Under the pieces are notes generated by a model that saw nothing but the letters and a program-made list of their open reading frames with translations, was not told the origin of the DNA and ran no database searches. Shown piece after piece: positions 10,679 to 21,483 of a stretch of DNA of 64,000 nt. Origin of the DNA: Campylobacteraceae bacterium (GTDB lineage Bacteria > Campylobacterota > Campylobacteria > Campylobacterales > Campylobacteraceae); assembly GCA_047974135.1 (NCBI GenBank), contig JBKECC010000082.1, positions 1,391 to 65,390 of the forward strand, written 5' to 3'. The number at the start of each line of letters is the position of its first letter. Position 1 is the stretch's first letter. Both the position numbers and the translations under genes were made by a program.

Positions 10679-11068
10679 ATGGAACATATGGAGTTTTCTC
10701 ATCCATACTTTGGAGCATTTGTTTTGCTTGTTTTTGGGTTTCTTACGCTTTTTATGATAAGTTTCCTTGCAAACTTTTTTGGTAAAAAATTTTCAAATTC
10801 AAATGATGAAAAATTAAAGTTAACTATATACGAATGCGGATTTGCTACAACAAAACAGCCAAACCGCTTCTCATCACACTTCTATCTTTATGCACTTTTA
10901 TTTATTTTATTTGATGTTGAGATTATTTTTATGTTTCCGTGGGCTATAAATTTTAAATATTTAGGAATGTTTGGATTTGTAGAGATGGTTTTGTTTATAC
11001 TGCTACTTGGAATCGGATTTGTATATGCATGGAATAAAGGAGCGTTAAATTGGCACAGCATAAAGTAA
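10679..11068 (+). CDS. nuoA: NADH-quinone oxidoreductase subunit A
   Basis: Small 3-TM protein, first gene of the nuo operon. Confidence 0.85.
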   Translation: MEHMEFSHPYFGAFVLLVFGFLTLFMISFLANFFGKKFSNSNDEKLKLTIYECGFATTKQPNRFSSHFYLYALLFILFDVEIIFMFPWAINFKYLGMFGFVEMVLFILLLGIGFVYAWNKGALNWHSIK

Positions 11069-11559
11069 ATTATTTTCAAAATGGTGGTTTGCCAATCACT
11101 TTGACGACTATAGATAAAATAGTTCAGTGGGGAAGAAGTAACTCTTTTTGGCCAGCAACTTATGGGCTCGCCTGTTGCGCTATCGAGATGATGGCAGCAG
11201 GAGCTGGAAGATATGATTTTGACAGATTTGGAACGATCTTTAGAGCAAGTCCAAGACAGTCTGATGGTATCATCGTATCAGGCACTTTAACAAAAAAACA
11301 CGCAAAACTTTTAAGAACCGTGTATGAGCAAATTCCAGAACCAAAATGGGTGATAAGTATGGGAAGTTGCGCAAACACAGGAGGCATGTTCAACACTTAC
11401 GCAACGGTTCAAGGAGTTGATAGGATAATCCCAGTAGATATCTATCTTCCAGGTTGTGCTCCAAGACCAGAAACTTTGCAATACGCTCTTATGATTTTAC
11501 AAAAAAAGATAAGAAGTGAAGGCATAAATCGAAAACAAAAACCAAAAAGGCTTGTTTAA
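11050..11559 (+). CDS. nuoB: NADH-quinone oxidoreductase subunit B
   Basis: CCxxE ... GSCANTGG ... PGCAP Fe-S motifs. Confidence 0.9.
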   Translation: MAQHKVNYFQNGGLPITLTTIDKIVQWGRSNSFWPATYGLACCAIEMMAAGAGRYDFDRFGTIFRASPRQSDGIIVSGTLTKKHAKLLRTVYEQIPEPKWVISMGSCANTGGMFNTYATVQGVDRIIPVDIYLPGCAPRPETLQYALMILQKKIRSEGINRKQKPKRLV

Positions 11560-12359
11560 TGCGTAAATATAGTGATAAAACAAACGTTCAAAAAAAAGTC
11601 TTTTATAGAGATAGATTTAATGTAAATACGCACATTCCAAGGTTACATGTAAATAGTGATGAAGTATTTAACGAGAACTTTGAAAAATTAAGTGCAAAGT
11701 TTGATATAAAAGATGCATATATTGAAGCTGGACAAATGGTTGTTTGGATAGATGCAAAAGATATTTTTGAAGTTATAAAGTTTTTTAGAGATGAACTTTC
11801 ATACAACAATCTTTCAGAAATGAGTGCTGTTGATTTTTTAGCTACTCGTGGAGAGTTTGAGCTGTTTTATCAACTACTATCCATGAAACATAAAAAAAGA
11901 GCAAGAGTAAAATGTACATTAAAAGAGAAAGAGTCTATAAAAAGTGTATCTGAAATTTTCAAAAGTGCAAACTGGGCTGAAAGAGAAGCTTACGATATGT
12001 TTGGCATTATTATAAGTGAACATCCTTATATGAAGAGAGTTTTACTTCCAGATGATTGGAGTGGACATCCACTTTTAAAAACTTATCCACTTCATGGTGA
12101 CGAAGCAGCACAATGGTATGAAATAGATCAGATTTTTGGAGAAGAATATAGAGATTTAATAGGTCCAGAGATAAGAGATGCTGCTCGCATTGATAAAGAA
12201 GATACAAGAGCTTATGCAAGAAAAGGTCATGAAGTAAAATTTGATGAGCCTTATAGCGAAGAGCCAACCAAGATAGACAATTACCAAGAAGATGGCGGAG
12301 TTTTCTTAATCACTAAATTTAAGAAAAACAAAACTACATATTTGAAAAAGAGGCGTTAA
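11559..12359 (+). CDS. nuoC: NADH-quinone oxidoreductase subunit C
   Basis: 30-kDa subunit family, 266 aa. Confidence 0.85.
   Translation: MRKYSDKTNVQKKVFYRDRFNVNTHIPRLHVNSDEVFNENFEKLSAKFDIKDAYIEAGQMVVWIDAKDIFEVIKFFRDELSYNNLSEMSAVDFLATRGEFELFYQLLSMKHKKRARVKCTLKEKESIKSVSEIFKSANWAEREAYDMFGIIISEHPYMKRVLLPDDWSGHPLLKTYPLHGDEAAQWYEIDQIFGEEYRDLIGPEIRDAARIDKEDTRAYARKGHEVKFDEPYSEEPTKIDNYQEDGGVFLITKFKKNKTTYLKKRR
11642..11653. repeat. palindrome copy gTTACATGTAAA (11/12)
   Basis: Inside nuoC, read as LHVN. Confidence 0.9.
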
Positions 12360-12360
12360 A

Positions 12361-13593
12361 ATGACAAGGCAACAACCAAACAGACTTAAGCCATTTTTTG
12401 AAAATGTAACCTTTGAAAACGACAATAATAATATGGTCTTAAACCTAGGACCACAACACCCAGCAGCGCACGGACAACTTCGTCTTATTTTAGAGCTTAA
12501 TGGTGAGAAAATAGTAAAAGCGATACCAGATGTTGGTTATATGCATAGAGGCGTTGAAAAGCTCGCTGAAAATATGATTTACAATGAATTTTTACCAACA
12601 ACAGACAGGCTTGACTATATAAGTGCAACTTCAAACAATCACGGCTTTGCGCTTGCAGTTGAAAAGCTCCTTGGTATCGAAGTTCCAAGACGTGCAAAAG
12701 TTATAAGAATGCTTCTCTTAGAACTTAGCCGCATAAACTCTCACCTTTTTTGGCTTGCTACTCACGCACTTGATATTGGGGCGATGACTATATTTTTATA
12801 TGCTTTTAGAGAAAGAGAGTATGCGCTTGATTTGTTTGAAGAGTACTGTGGTGCAAGACTTACACACTCATCTATTAGAATAGGTGGAGTTCCTCTTGAT
12901 TTGCCACAAAATTGGCTAAATGATTTGGATGAGTATCTAGACAAATTGCCAGCTGCTATTAAAATGTACGAAGATGTTTTAGATGAAAATCGTATATGGA
13001 TTATGAGACTTGAAAATGTAGGTATTCTAAAACCTGATTCTGCTTTGTCTTGGGGAGCAAGTGGAGTTATGCTTCGAGGAAGTGGCATAAAATGGGATAT
13101 AAGAAAAGAAGAGCCATATGAACTTTACAATGAAGTAGAGTTTGATGTTCCAGTAGCTGATAGTTGTGATTGTTATGGAAGATACAGACTTTACATGGAA
13201 GAGATGAAGCAATCAGTTAAGATTTTAAAGCAATTAATCCCAATGTATAAAGATACAAGTCCAGAAATTATGGCAGATTCACCAAAATATATAAGTGCCC
13301 CAAAAGAGCAGATAATGACGCAAAATTACTCACTTATGCAGCATTTTGTATTGGTAACACAAGGCATGAAACCACCAGTTGGCGAAGTTTATGTAGCCAC
13401 AGAATCACCAAAAGGGGAACTTGGCTTTTATATAAATTCTCAAGGCGAAGCGTATCCGTATAGACTAAAGATACGTGCACCATCTTTTTGGCATGCAAGT
13501 CTCTATCAAGAGATAATGCCAGGGTCATATTTAGCGGATGCTATAGCGATGATTGTAAGTTCAAACATCGTTCTTGGCGAAATAGACAGATAA
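12361..13593 (+). CDS. nuoD: NADH-quinone oxidoreductase subunit D
   Basis: 49-kDa subunit motifs ([10 protein letters not shown]). Confidence 0.9.
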   Translation: MTRQQPNRLKPFFENVTFENDNNNMVLNLGPQHPAAHGQLRLILELNGEKIVKAIPDVGYMHRGVEKLAENMIYNEFLPTTDRLDYISATSNNHGFALAVEKLLGIEVPRRAKVIRMLLLELSRINSHLFWLATHALDIGAMTIFLYAFREREYALDLFEEYCGARLTHSSIRIGGVPLDLPQNWLNDLDEYLDKLPAAIKMYEDVLDENRIWIMRLENVGILKPDSALSWGASGVMLRGSGIKWDIRKEEPYELYNEVEFDVPVADSCDCYGRYRLYMEEMKQSVKILKQLIPMYKDTSPEIMADSPKYISAPKEQIMTQNYSLMQHFVLVTQGMKPPVGEVYVATESPKGELGFYINSQGEAYPYRLKIRAPSFWHASLYQEIMPGSYLADAIAMIVSSNIVLGEIDR

Positions 13594-13602
13594 GGCAAGC
13601 TC

Positions 13603-13845
13603 ATGAAAAGATATGATTTAAGACACTTAAAAGAGAACTTTGAAGAGAGAATGGGTGAACTTATAAATGAAGCAGAAAGTAAAGAAGCGTTAATCTTTAT
13701 CTTTGAAACCATCTTAGAAGATAGATTGCAGAAGATTTTAAAAGATATAGACGCCAAGGGTCATGAAGTCTTAAACTCGTTGAGATTTAACGAAATTGAC
13801 TGGACGATAGCTATAAGAGTAAAAGGAGAGTCAAGTGAGTTATAA
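13603..13845 (+). CDS. small protein occupying the nuoE position (Cj1575c-like)
   Basis: 80 aa, unrelated to NuoE. Matches the known epsilonproteobacterial arrangement. Confidence 0.6.
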   Translation: MKRYDLRHLKENFEERMGELINEAESKEALIFIFETILEDRLQKILKDIDAKGHEVLNSLRFNEIDWTIAIRVKGESSEL

Positions 13846-14674
13846 AACATTGATAAGCACTTTTGAAAAATGTGGAGTAAGCCTAAGTAAGATTGATAGC
13901 AACAGTTCTATCATATTTTTAGGAACACTTTTCTCTTTTGATAATGAAGAGTTGGTTGAAAGAGTTTTAAAATCAAAAGAGGATTTTATCTACTGCTCGC
14001 CAATGGAAGATAGCGCTTTGCAAGAAAAAGCAAAATCATACATAAAGTATGAAGTAACAAGTGAAGCTGGGGTTTTAGCCTTGCTTTCAAAAGAGCTTTT
14101 AAAAGATGAAGAAAAAACAGAAGAAACAAAAGAGTTTTTAGATGAATTAGATGATGGATACTTAAGTGCAGAGAGCAATGTAGGCGAAGAGGAGATTTGT
14201 GAAATTGTAGAGTTTATAAAATCTTCAAAAAAATGCACACTTGTTTTAGGTGCTGATTTATACAATCACCCTGATTTAAAAAGCATCGCTGAGGTTATCT
14301 CAATACTTGTAACTGTAAGAAATTTAAGAGTTAGTATAATCGATGATATAGAACATGAAGCAAAAAAGATTGATATAAAGCCAGAAGATATAGAAGAGTT
14401 AAAAAGTTTTGATGGTTTGGTTGTCTATTTTGTTACATGTAAAAATACTAATAAAGCAGAAAAACTCTTTGGACCAAAACAGTTTTTACAAGCCGCTAAG
14501 ATAAAAGATAAAGAGGTTGTAGACATATATGTTGAAGGCAAAAAAGTTTCTACAAAAGAGTTTAATTTCCAAAGTGAATTAAAAGGAACTATCGCTATTT
14601 CAAACACAGCAAAAGATATTGAAGGTTATAGATACAAAAAAGTAAAAATTCTTCCAAAGGATACTAAACAATGA
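13835..14674 (+). CDS. protein occupying the nuoF position (Cj1574c-like)
   Basis: 279 aa with no NADH/FMN-binding motifs. Same context as C. jejuni Cj1574c. Confidence 0.6.
   Translation: MSYKTLISTFEKCGVSLSKIDSNSSIIFLGTLFSFDNEELVERVLKSKEDFIYCSPMEDSALQEKAKSYIKYEVTSEAGVLALLSKELLKDEEKTEETKEFLDELDDGYLSAESNVGEEEICEIVEFIKSSKKCTLVLGADLYNHPDLKSIAEVISILVTVRNLRVSIIDDIEHEAKKIDIKPEDIEELKSFDGLVVYFVTCKNTNKAEKLFGPKQFLQAAKIKDKEVVDIYVEGKKVSTKEFNFQSELKGTIAISNTAKDIEGYRYKKVKILPKDTKQ
14432..14443. repeat. palindrome copy gTTACATGTAAA (11/12)
   Basis: Inside the Cj1574c-like CDS, read as VTCK. Confidence 0.9.
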
Positions 14675-17157
14675 GTAAGATTAGTATCACGATAGATGGC
14701 ATCAAATGTGAAGCGGTTGAGGGAGAGTATATACTAAATGTCGCAAGAAGAAACAATATCTTCATCCCTGCACTTTGTTATCTCTCAGGCTGTTCACCAA
14801 CGCTTGCATGTAGGCTTTGTATGGCAGATGTTGATGGCAAAAGAGCTTATACATGTAACGCCAAAGCAAAAGATGGACAAGTTATAGTCTCAAGCACGCC
14901 AGAAATTGAAGAAGAACGCCGCTCCATCATGGAAGTTTACTGTATTAATCACCCTTTGGAGTGCGGAGTTTGCGACCAAAGTGGCGAATGTGAACTTCAA
15001 AACTATGTTCACGCGATTGGAGTAAATAACCAACACTATACCATTGCAAATACTCACAAACCAGTTGAAAATTGGGGTTTAACAAGATACGACGCTTCAC
15101 TTTGTATTATGTGTGAAAGATGCGTTACTGTTTGCAAAGATCGAGTTGGTTGCAACGCTTTAAAAACAGTTCCAAGAGGTGAGGGGCTAGCAGTTCCTAA
15201 AGAAAACAAAGACAGTATGCCAAAAGATGCATTTGCTGTTTGGAATAGGCTACAAAAATCAATCATAGCAAAAGTAGAAGACGTGGACTGTGGAGATTGT
15301 GGGGCATGTGCTGAAGTTTGTCCTGTTGGAGCACTTGTTGTAACAGGTTTTCACTACAAATCTAACTCGTGGGAACTACAAAAAATCCCAGCAGCAAATC
15401 CTCATAGTAGCGATTGCTCTTTGATATATTATGAAGTAAAACAGATAAGCCAACAAAACAGTGAAGAAAAAATATACAGAGTTGAAGGCGAACAACCATT
15501 TAACGTTATAAATGGAGCTGCAAGATTTGGCTACGACTTTGAAAATAGAGTTAAAGAAAAAGATGAGAATAGCTTTAATGAAGCCATATCTTTTATAAAA
15601 ACAAAAGCTGACACTATAAAATTTAATAGCTATATAACTAACGAAGAAGCTCTAATTTTACAAAAAATCAAAGAAAAATACAACTTAAAACTTGTAAATG
15701 ATGACGCCTTTAGATATCAAAGATTTTTAAATGCATTTTCATCTTCAAGTACAAAAAGCTTATATCAAGGCTCTCTAAAAGAGATTGAAGAGAGCAATTT
15801 TATAGTTAGTGTTGGAACGGCTTTAAGATACGACTTTCCAAATGGCGGATACGCATTTAACACCGCTTTAAAGATGAACAAGGCAAGCGGGATTTACGCT
15901 CATCCAATAGCCGATAAAATCGTTGAAGATTACTCAAAAAATCTTTTAAGCTTGCAGTATAAAGTAGGTAGTGAAGAAGCTATGTTTTATCTGTTGCTTG
16001 AACTTTGTGCTAATAAATCAATGCTTGATGAGGCAACAAAAGAGTATCTAAACTCTTTACATGTAAAATCAAAAAGAATGGCTGATGAAAACGTTGTAGA
16101 AGAAATCATAGAAAAAGTTATAAAAAAGATACAAGATGAGACAGGTGACGAGAGAGAAATAGAAGAAGAGGTACCTAAAAAAGTTACAAAAGTTGTGCAA
16201 AAAGAGGTTGAATACGAGACAACAAAACTTTGGGAGTTGGCTGGACTTGAAGATTTTAAAGAAAAAGTAGAAACTTTAAAGAGTGGAAAAGATAGATTTA
16301 GCTTGATTATCGGTGAAGATTTACTAACTCATAAAAATTGGGAAAATTTAGCAATACTTGCTGGAACCATAGAAAGAACAACACCTTTTAGTGTTACAAT
16401 CATCCCTCCACAAACAAACACTTTAGGGGTTGCCTTACTTTGCGAACTTGATGAGTTTGGTGGTGAAAACACTCTTGGTTACAATGAAAAAGGAAGCTTT
16501 ACTCTAAGTGCGCTTGGTGATGGAGAGCTTGATATGCCTTCACTAAATCAACAAGAGGGAACTTTTACAAGTATTGACAAAAGAGTGGTTCCTACAAATG
16601 CGGCTTTGGGTTATAAAGGCTATATTTTAAATGACTTAGCAAACGCTTTAGGGATAAGAGCAAAATATACTATTGATTACACAAAAGAGTTGCCAGATAA
16701 AAGTGGATATATAAAAAAAGAGTTTGACGAATTGCCAAATTACTTTGACAATGGTGGCACAGAACATCGCGGTTATCTTTTACATTTAAAAGAAAATGAA
16801 GTTTTAAAAACTCCAAAAGATATAAGCACTTTTGAGTTGAGTAAAAACACTGTTTACAAAAAAAATCCAGTACTTCAATTTAACGCTTTTACAAATAAGG
16901 CTCTTGAGATTACCTCGTGTGCTGCACTTTATGCTTCGGAAGAGTTTTTACATGTAAACGATTTAAGAGATGGACAAAGTATAAAACTCGTAAGCGATGA
17001 TGGAAAACTACTTTCAATCAAAGTAAAGCTCGACAAAAACGTAAAAGGACTTATCCCTTCTCTTCCAACGTTCGATACAAAAGTTGATGTTAGTGCATTT
17101 TTCAAAGATGGATATAGATTTGGAACATACGAGATAAAAGGAGCAGATAATGAGTGA
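14671..17157 (+). CDS. nuoG: NADH-quinone oxidoreductase subunit G
   Basis: N-terminal 2Fe-2S/4Fe-4S cysteine motifs, 828 aa. Confidence 0.85.
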   Translation: MSKISITIDGIKCEAVEGEYILNVARRNNIFIPALCYLSGCSPTLACRLCMADVDGKRAYTCNAKAKDGQVIVSSTPEIEEERRSIMEVYCINHPLECGVCDQSGECELQNYVHAIGVNNQHYTIANTHKPVENWGLTRYDASLCIMCERCVTVCKDRVGCNALKTVPRGEGLAVPKENKDSMPKDAFAVWNRLQKSIIAKVEDVDCGDCGACAEVCPVGALVVTGFHYKSNSWELQKIPAANPHSSDCSLIYYEVKQISQQNSEEKIYRVEGEQPFNVINGAARFGYDFENRVKEKDENSFNEAISFIKTKADTIKFNSYITNEEALILQKIKEKYNLKLVNDDAFRYQRFLNAFSSSSTKSLYQGSLKEIEESNFIVSVGTALRYDFPNGGYAFNTALKMNKASGIYAHPIADKIVEDYSKNLLSLQYKVGSEEAMFYLLLELCANKSMLDEATKEYLNSLHVKSKRMADENVVEEIIEKVIKKIQDETGDEREIEEEVPKKVTKVVQKEVEYETTKLWELAGLEDFKEKVETLKSGKDRFSLIIGEDLLTHKNWENLAILAGTIERTTPFSVTIIPPQTNTLGVALLCELDEFGGENTLGYNEKGSFTLSALGDGELDMPSLNQQEGTFTSIDKRVVPTNAALGYKGYILNDLANALGIRAKYTIDYTKELPDKSGYIKKEFDELPNYFDNGGTEHRGYLLHLKENEVLKTPKDISTFELSKNTVYKKNPVLQFNAFTNKALEITSCAALYASEEFLHVNDLRDGQSIKLVSDDGKLLSIKVKLDKNVKGLIPSLPTFDTKVDVSAFFKDGYRFGTYEIKGADNE
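16056..16067. repeat. palindrome TTTACATGTAAA (12/12)
   Basis: Inside nuoG, read as LHVK. Confidence 0.9.
16947..16958. repeat. palindrome TTTACATGTAAA (12/12)
   Basis: Inside nuoG, read as LHVN. Confidence 0.9.
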
Positions 17158-18142
17158 AACAGCTTTTGTGATTGAAACAATACTAAAAGTTATCTTCGTT
17201 ATGTCCGTATTTGGTGCGATGACTGGCTATGCTACTTATGTTGAGAGAAAACTTTTGGGACTCATGCAAAGAAGACTTGGGCCTATGCACGTTGGACCAT
17301 TTGGACTTTTGCAAGTTGTTTGTGATGGTATAAAACTCTTTATGAAAGAAGATATCATACCTCAAAATGCTATAAAACCAATCTTTCATTTAGCTCCTAT
17401 AATTTCTGTTGTAACAGCGTTTTTAGCCTTTGCAGCAGTTCCATTTTTTCCGGAATTTACAGTTCTTGGATACAAAATAACTCCAATCATCTCTGACATT
17501 AGTGTTGGAATCTTGTTTGTTTTAGCGGTTTCATCGGCTGGGCTTTATGCTCCTCTTCTTGCAGGACTTAGTAGCAATAACAAGTGGTCACTGCTTGGAG
17601 GTGCAAGGGCAGCTATACAACTTTTATCATTTGAAGTTATCACAGGACTCTCCATTTTAGCACCATTGATGCTTGTTGGCTCACTGTCTTTGATTGATAT
17701 AAATAACGCTCAAATTGGCGGCATAACAGAGTGGATTGTTTGGAAGCAACCAGTTGCATTTATACTTTTTTTAATTGCAGGATTTGCTGAGACAAATAGA
17801 ACTCCACTTGATTTATTAGAAACCGAAGCCGAGATAGTTTCTGGTTATGCTACAGAGTATTCAGGTATGAGATGGGGATTTTTCTTCATGGGTGAATATG
17901 CAAACATGATAACCATATCATACTTAGCAAGCTTCTTATTTTTAGGTGGTTTTAACCCTCTTTGGATAATCCCTGGTGGAGTTATGATATGTTTAAAAAT
18001 CATGGGATTTATACTTTTATTTATGTGGGTAAGAGGTGCTTGGCCTCATATAAGACCTGATCAATTGATGTGGCTTTGTTGGAAAGTTTTGATGCCAATA
18101 GCACTTATAAACATCCTAATCACTGGTTTGATGTTACTTTAA
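17150..18142 (+). CDS. nuoH: NADH-quinone oxidoreductase subunit H
   Basis: Polytopic membrane subunit, 330 aa. Confidence 0.9.
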   Translation: MSETAFVIETILKVIFVMSVFGAMTGYATYVERKLLGLMQRRLGPMHVGPFGLLQVVCDGIKLFMKEDIIPQNAIKPIFHLAPIISVVTAFLAFAAVPFFPEFTVLGYKITPIISDISVGILFVLAVSSAGLYAPLLAGLSSNNKWSLLGGARAAIQLLSFEVITGLSILAPLMLVGSLSLIDINNAQIGGITEWIVWKQPVAFILFLIAGFAETNRTPLDLLETEAEIVSGYATEYSGMRWGFFFMGEYANMITISYLASFLFLGGFNPLWIIPGGVMICLKIMGFILLFMWVRGAWPHIRPDQLMWLCWKVLMPIALINILITGLMLL

Positions 18143-18226
18143 GGAGTTCTTGTGAGTTTAGATTTATTTAATAACCGAAACACGACAGGCTACATAGAGT
18201 TAAAGGTATAAAAAACTCCAAATACA

Positions 18227-18769
18227 ATGTGGGATTTTTTCAAAAGAGTTGTTAGAAGAACCTTTAAAAAAGAGCTTTTTACAGGTATGAGGATAGTTCT
18301 TTTTGAAATGCTAAAGGGTAGAAAAAACAACCATACTATAAAGTATCCACTCGAGAGATTTGTGATAGGTCCTAGATATAGAGCTATTCATGAACTATTA
18401 AGACTTTTAGAGAGTGGAAATGAGAGATGCATCGGTTGTGGACTTTGTGAAAAGATTTGCGTAGCAAACTGCATCAGAATGGATACTGATGTAGATGAAA
18501 ATGGAAGAAAAGTAATCTCAGAGTACTCTATAAATTTTGGACGATGCATATTTTGTGGGCTTTGTGCAGAGGTTTGTCCAGAACTTGCTATAGTTCATGG
18601 AAGTGAGTATGAAAATGCAAGCGAACAAAGAGCACATTACGCATTAAAAGAGGATATGTTAACCCCTATTGATACATTTAAGGCAAAAAAACAAAAAGAG
18701 TTTGAAGGGTTTGGCACACCAAGTCCCAACGCCGATAAAAATATCAAAAAAACACCATTAACTTACTAG
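18227..18769 (+). CDS. nuoI: NADH-quinone oxidoreductase subunit I
   Basis: Two CxxCxxCxxxCP ferredoxin motifs. Confidence 0.9.
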   Translation: MWDFFKRVVRRTFKKELFTGMRIVLFEMLKGRKNNHTIKYPLERFVIGPRYRAIHELLRLLESGNERCIGCGLCEKICVANCIRMDTDVDENGRKVISEYSINFGRCIFCGLCAEVCPELAIVHGSEYENASEQRAHYALKEDMLTPIDTFKAKKQKEFEGFGTPSPNADKNIKKTPLTY

Positions 18770-18779
18770 GAGAGAAGCG

Positions 18780-19316
18780 ATGTATGAAGCTGTAGCATTT
18801 TATCTTTTTGCGATATTGACCATATTTTTCTTTAGCGTAACGGTTTTTAGCAAAAATGCACTTTTTTCTATGAGTTCTCTTGCTGCTGGCATGATTTTCA
18901 TAGCTGGATTTTTCTTTTTGCTTGATGCTGAATTTTTAGGAGTTGTGCAAATCGTAGTTTATACAGGTGCGGTTATGGCGCTTTATGCCTTTGGTATGAT
19001 GTTTTTTGATACAACAAAAGATGTAAAAGAGAGGGTTGCTTACAAAAGAGTTATCTACACTCTTAGTTTTATTTGCGCGATTTTAATAGTTTTGATTTTA
19101 ATTGCACCTCTTTATAGTGTAAATATAGCTCCAGTTTTACCTATGAGCAGTGATTTTGACAATACACAAATGCTTGGTAGAGTTTTGTTCACAAAATACT
19201 TAGTTGCTTTTGAATTAACAGCAGTAATGCTTCTTGTTGCGATGGTTGCAGGCATAGTTCTTGCAAGTAAAAAGATAAATCAAGACTTTGAGATAGCACA
19301 AGATGGAGGAAAATAG
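18780..19316 (+). CDS. nuoJ: NADH-quinone oxidoreductase subunit J
   Basis: Membrane subunit in operon position. Confidence 0.8.
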   Translation: MYEAVAFYLFAILTIFFFSVTVFSKNALFSMSSLAAGMIFIAGFFFLLDAEFLGVVQIVVYTGAVMALYAFGMMFFDTTKDVKERVAYKRVIYTLSFICAILIVLILIAPLYSVNIAPVLPMSSDFDNTQMLGRVLFTKYLVAFELTAVMLLVAMVAGIVLASKKINQDFEIAQDGGK

Positions 19317-19619
19317 ATGATAACATTAACTCATTATCTTATCCTCTCAGGGATTCTTTTTTCCATCGGCTTAGTTGGTGTTTTAAGACGTAAAAACTTA
19401 CTTATGTTATTTTTCTCAACAGAGATTTTACTAAATGCCACAAACATTGGACTTGTTGCAGTTTCTAAATATTATATGGATTTAACAGGGCAAATGTTTG
19501 CACTTTTTATAATTGCCATAGCGGCAAGTGAAGTTGCGGTTGGACTTGGACTTTTGGTTCTTTGGTACAAAAGAACTGGCTCGACTGATCTTGATAGTTT
19601 AAATGTGATGAAAGGCTAA
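19317..19619 (+). CDS. nuoK: NADH-quinone oxidoreductase subunit K
   Basis: 100-aa 3-TM subunit. Confidence 0.85.
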   Translation: MITLTHYLILSGILFSIGLVGVLRRKNLLMLFFSTEILLNATNIGLVAVSKYYMDLTGQMFALFIIAIAASEVAVGLGLLVLWYKRTGSTDLDSLNVMKG

Positions 19620-19622
19620 GAG

Positions 19623-21476
19623 ATGGAAAAACTTTTATATATAGCACTTTTTTCACCACTTGTTGGAGCACTTTTTGCCTCTTTGTTTGCGATGAGCAAA
19701 AAAAATATTATAACAGGAGTTGTAAATTCAACTCTTATAGCTATTTCAACTATAAGCTCATTAATACTTCTTTGCTCTCTTAGAGACGGGGAAAGTTTAC
19801 ATGTAAATATGATGGAGTGGATAAGTGCAGGAAATTTAGCCATTCCTTTTGGATTTGTGGTTGATAAAGTCTCAGTCATTATGATGGTAACAGTTGGCGT
19901 TGTTTCAACCTTGGTTCATGTTTACTCTATAGGCTATATGTCTCACGATAGAAGTTTCAATAGATTTTTTGCATATTTAAGCGCCTTTGTTTTTTCTATG
20001 ATGGTACTTGTCATGAGTGACAACTTTTTAGGACTTTTTATAGGCTGGGAAGGTGTTGGACTTTGTTCTTGGATGTTGATTGGTTTTTGGTATGAAAGGC
20101 AAAGTGCTTCTTGGGCTGCAAACGAAGCTTTTATCATGAATAGAATAGCAGATCTTGGTATGCTTCTTGGTATATTTTTGATTTATTGGCAGATTGGAAG
20201 CTTACAGTATGATGTTGTTTTTAGTGCAATTTCCTCGCTTGATACATCAGTTGTTATAATCATCGGTATTTTACTTTTTATTGGTGCGATGGGAAAATCA
20301 GCACAGTTTCCACTTCACACTTGGCTTGCAGATGCGATGGAAGGACCAACTCCTGTTTCAGCACTTATCCACGCCGCAACGATGGTAACGGCCGGTGTTT
20401 ATCTTGTAATTCGTGCAAATCCTATATATACGCTAATTCCCGATGTTGGGTTTTTTATAGCATGTCTTGGAGCTTTTGTTGCGATTTTTGCAGCGTTGAT
20501 GGCACTTGCAAACAATGACTTGAAGCGAATTATCGCTTACTCAACTCTTTCACAACTTGGATATATGTTCGTTGCAGCTGGACTTGGCGCATACTGGATA
20601 GCGCTTTTTCACTTAATGACACATGCATTTTTTAAATCATTACTGTTTTTAGGTGCAGGAAATGTTATGCACGCAATGCATGATGAGTTAAATATAAAAA
20701 AGATGGGTGGATTGTATAAATCTCTAAAGATAACTGCGATTTTAATGATTATAGCCTCCGTTGCACTTGCTGGTATTTGGCCTTTTGCTGGATTTTTCTC
20801 AAAAGATAAGATACTTGAAGTTGCATTTAATGAGCAAGCGTATATCTTATACGGAGCTCTTTTTGTTGGAGCCGGACTTACAGCATTTTATAGCTTTAGG
20901 CTAATTGCTTTAGTCTTTTTTGGTAAAAAAGAGTATGAAAAACTTGGCGTTCATCCTCATGAAGCAAGCTCAGTGATGCTTTTAGCGATGCTTCCTCTTG
21001 GAGTATTAGCCATGATAGCTGGATTTTTTGAAAAGCCTTTTCACTCATTTGTAACTTCACTTTTGCCTGATTATATTTTTACTTTTAATCATGACTTGAT
21101 TTATATAATGATAGCGGCAACTTTGAGTATAGCACTATTTGGTATCCTTTTTGCTCTTTACATGTATATAAAAAAAGGTGGATTTTCGTCAAATATAGAA
21201 AAAACTGGTATTTATAAAATTTTATCAAATCAGTATTTTATACCACAGTTTTATCAAAACTACATAGTAAAACCATTTATCGCAGTAGCAAACTTTACAT
21301 GGAAAAAACTTGATGAGAGTTTGGTTGATGCCTCAGTTGATGCCATAGCAAAACTACTTTATAGAAGTGGAGAAGGTGCTAGAAAAATGCAAAGCGGAAA
21401 TCTCTCAACCATGCTTAGATGGATGGTTGTTGGTATCACGATTTTACTTATAACAGCAATTTTTTACAAAGCTTAA
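19623..21476 (+). CDS. nuoL: NADH-quinone oxidoreductase subunit L
   Basis: Antiporter-like subunit, 617 aa. Confidence 0.9.
   Translation: MEKLLYIALFSPLVGALFASLFAMSKKNIITGVVNSTLIAISTISSLILLCSLRDGESLHVNMMEWISAGNLAIPFGFVVDKVSVIMMVTVGVVSTLVHVYSIGYMSHDRSFNRFFAYLSAFVFSMMVLVMSDNFLGLFIGWEGVGLCSWMLIGFWYERQSASWAANEAFIMNRIADLGMLLGIFLIYWQIGSLQYDVVFSAISSLDTSVVIIIGILLFIGAMGKSAQFPLHTWLADAMEGPTPVSALIHAATMVTAGVYLVIRANPIYTLIPDVGFFIACLGAFVAIFAALMALANNDLKRIIAYSTLSQLGYMFVAAGLGAYWIALFHLMTHAFFKSLLFLGAGNVMHAMHDELNIKKMGGLYKSLKITAILMIIASVALAGIWPFAGFFSKDKILEVAFNEQAYILYGALFVGAGLTAFYSFRLIALVFFGKKEYEKLGVHPHEASSVMLLAMLPLGVLAMIAGFFEKPFHSFVTSLLPDYIFTFNHDLIYIMIAATLSIALFGILFALYMYIKKGGFSSNIEKTGIYKILSNQYFIPQFYQNYIVKPFIAVANFTWKKLDESLVDASVDAIAKLLYRSGEGARKMQSGNLSTMLRWMVVGITILLITAIFYKA
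19796..19807. repeat. palindrome TTTACATGTAAA (12/12)
   Basis: Inside nuoL, read as LHVN. Confidence 0.9.
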
Positions 21477-21483
21477 GGAGAAT

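Noticed and set aside
13190-21305. Additional one-mismatch motif variants TTTACATGgAAg (13190) and TTTACATGgAAA (21294), and half-sites at 14848, 51824 and 60238
   Set aside because: Individually within chance expectation for 1-2 mismatch variants. Mentioned only as possible decayed copies.
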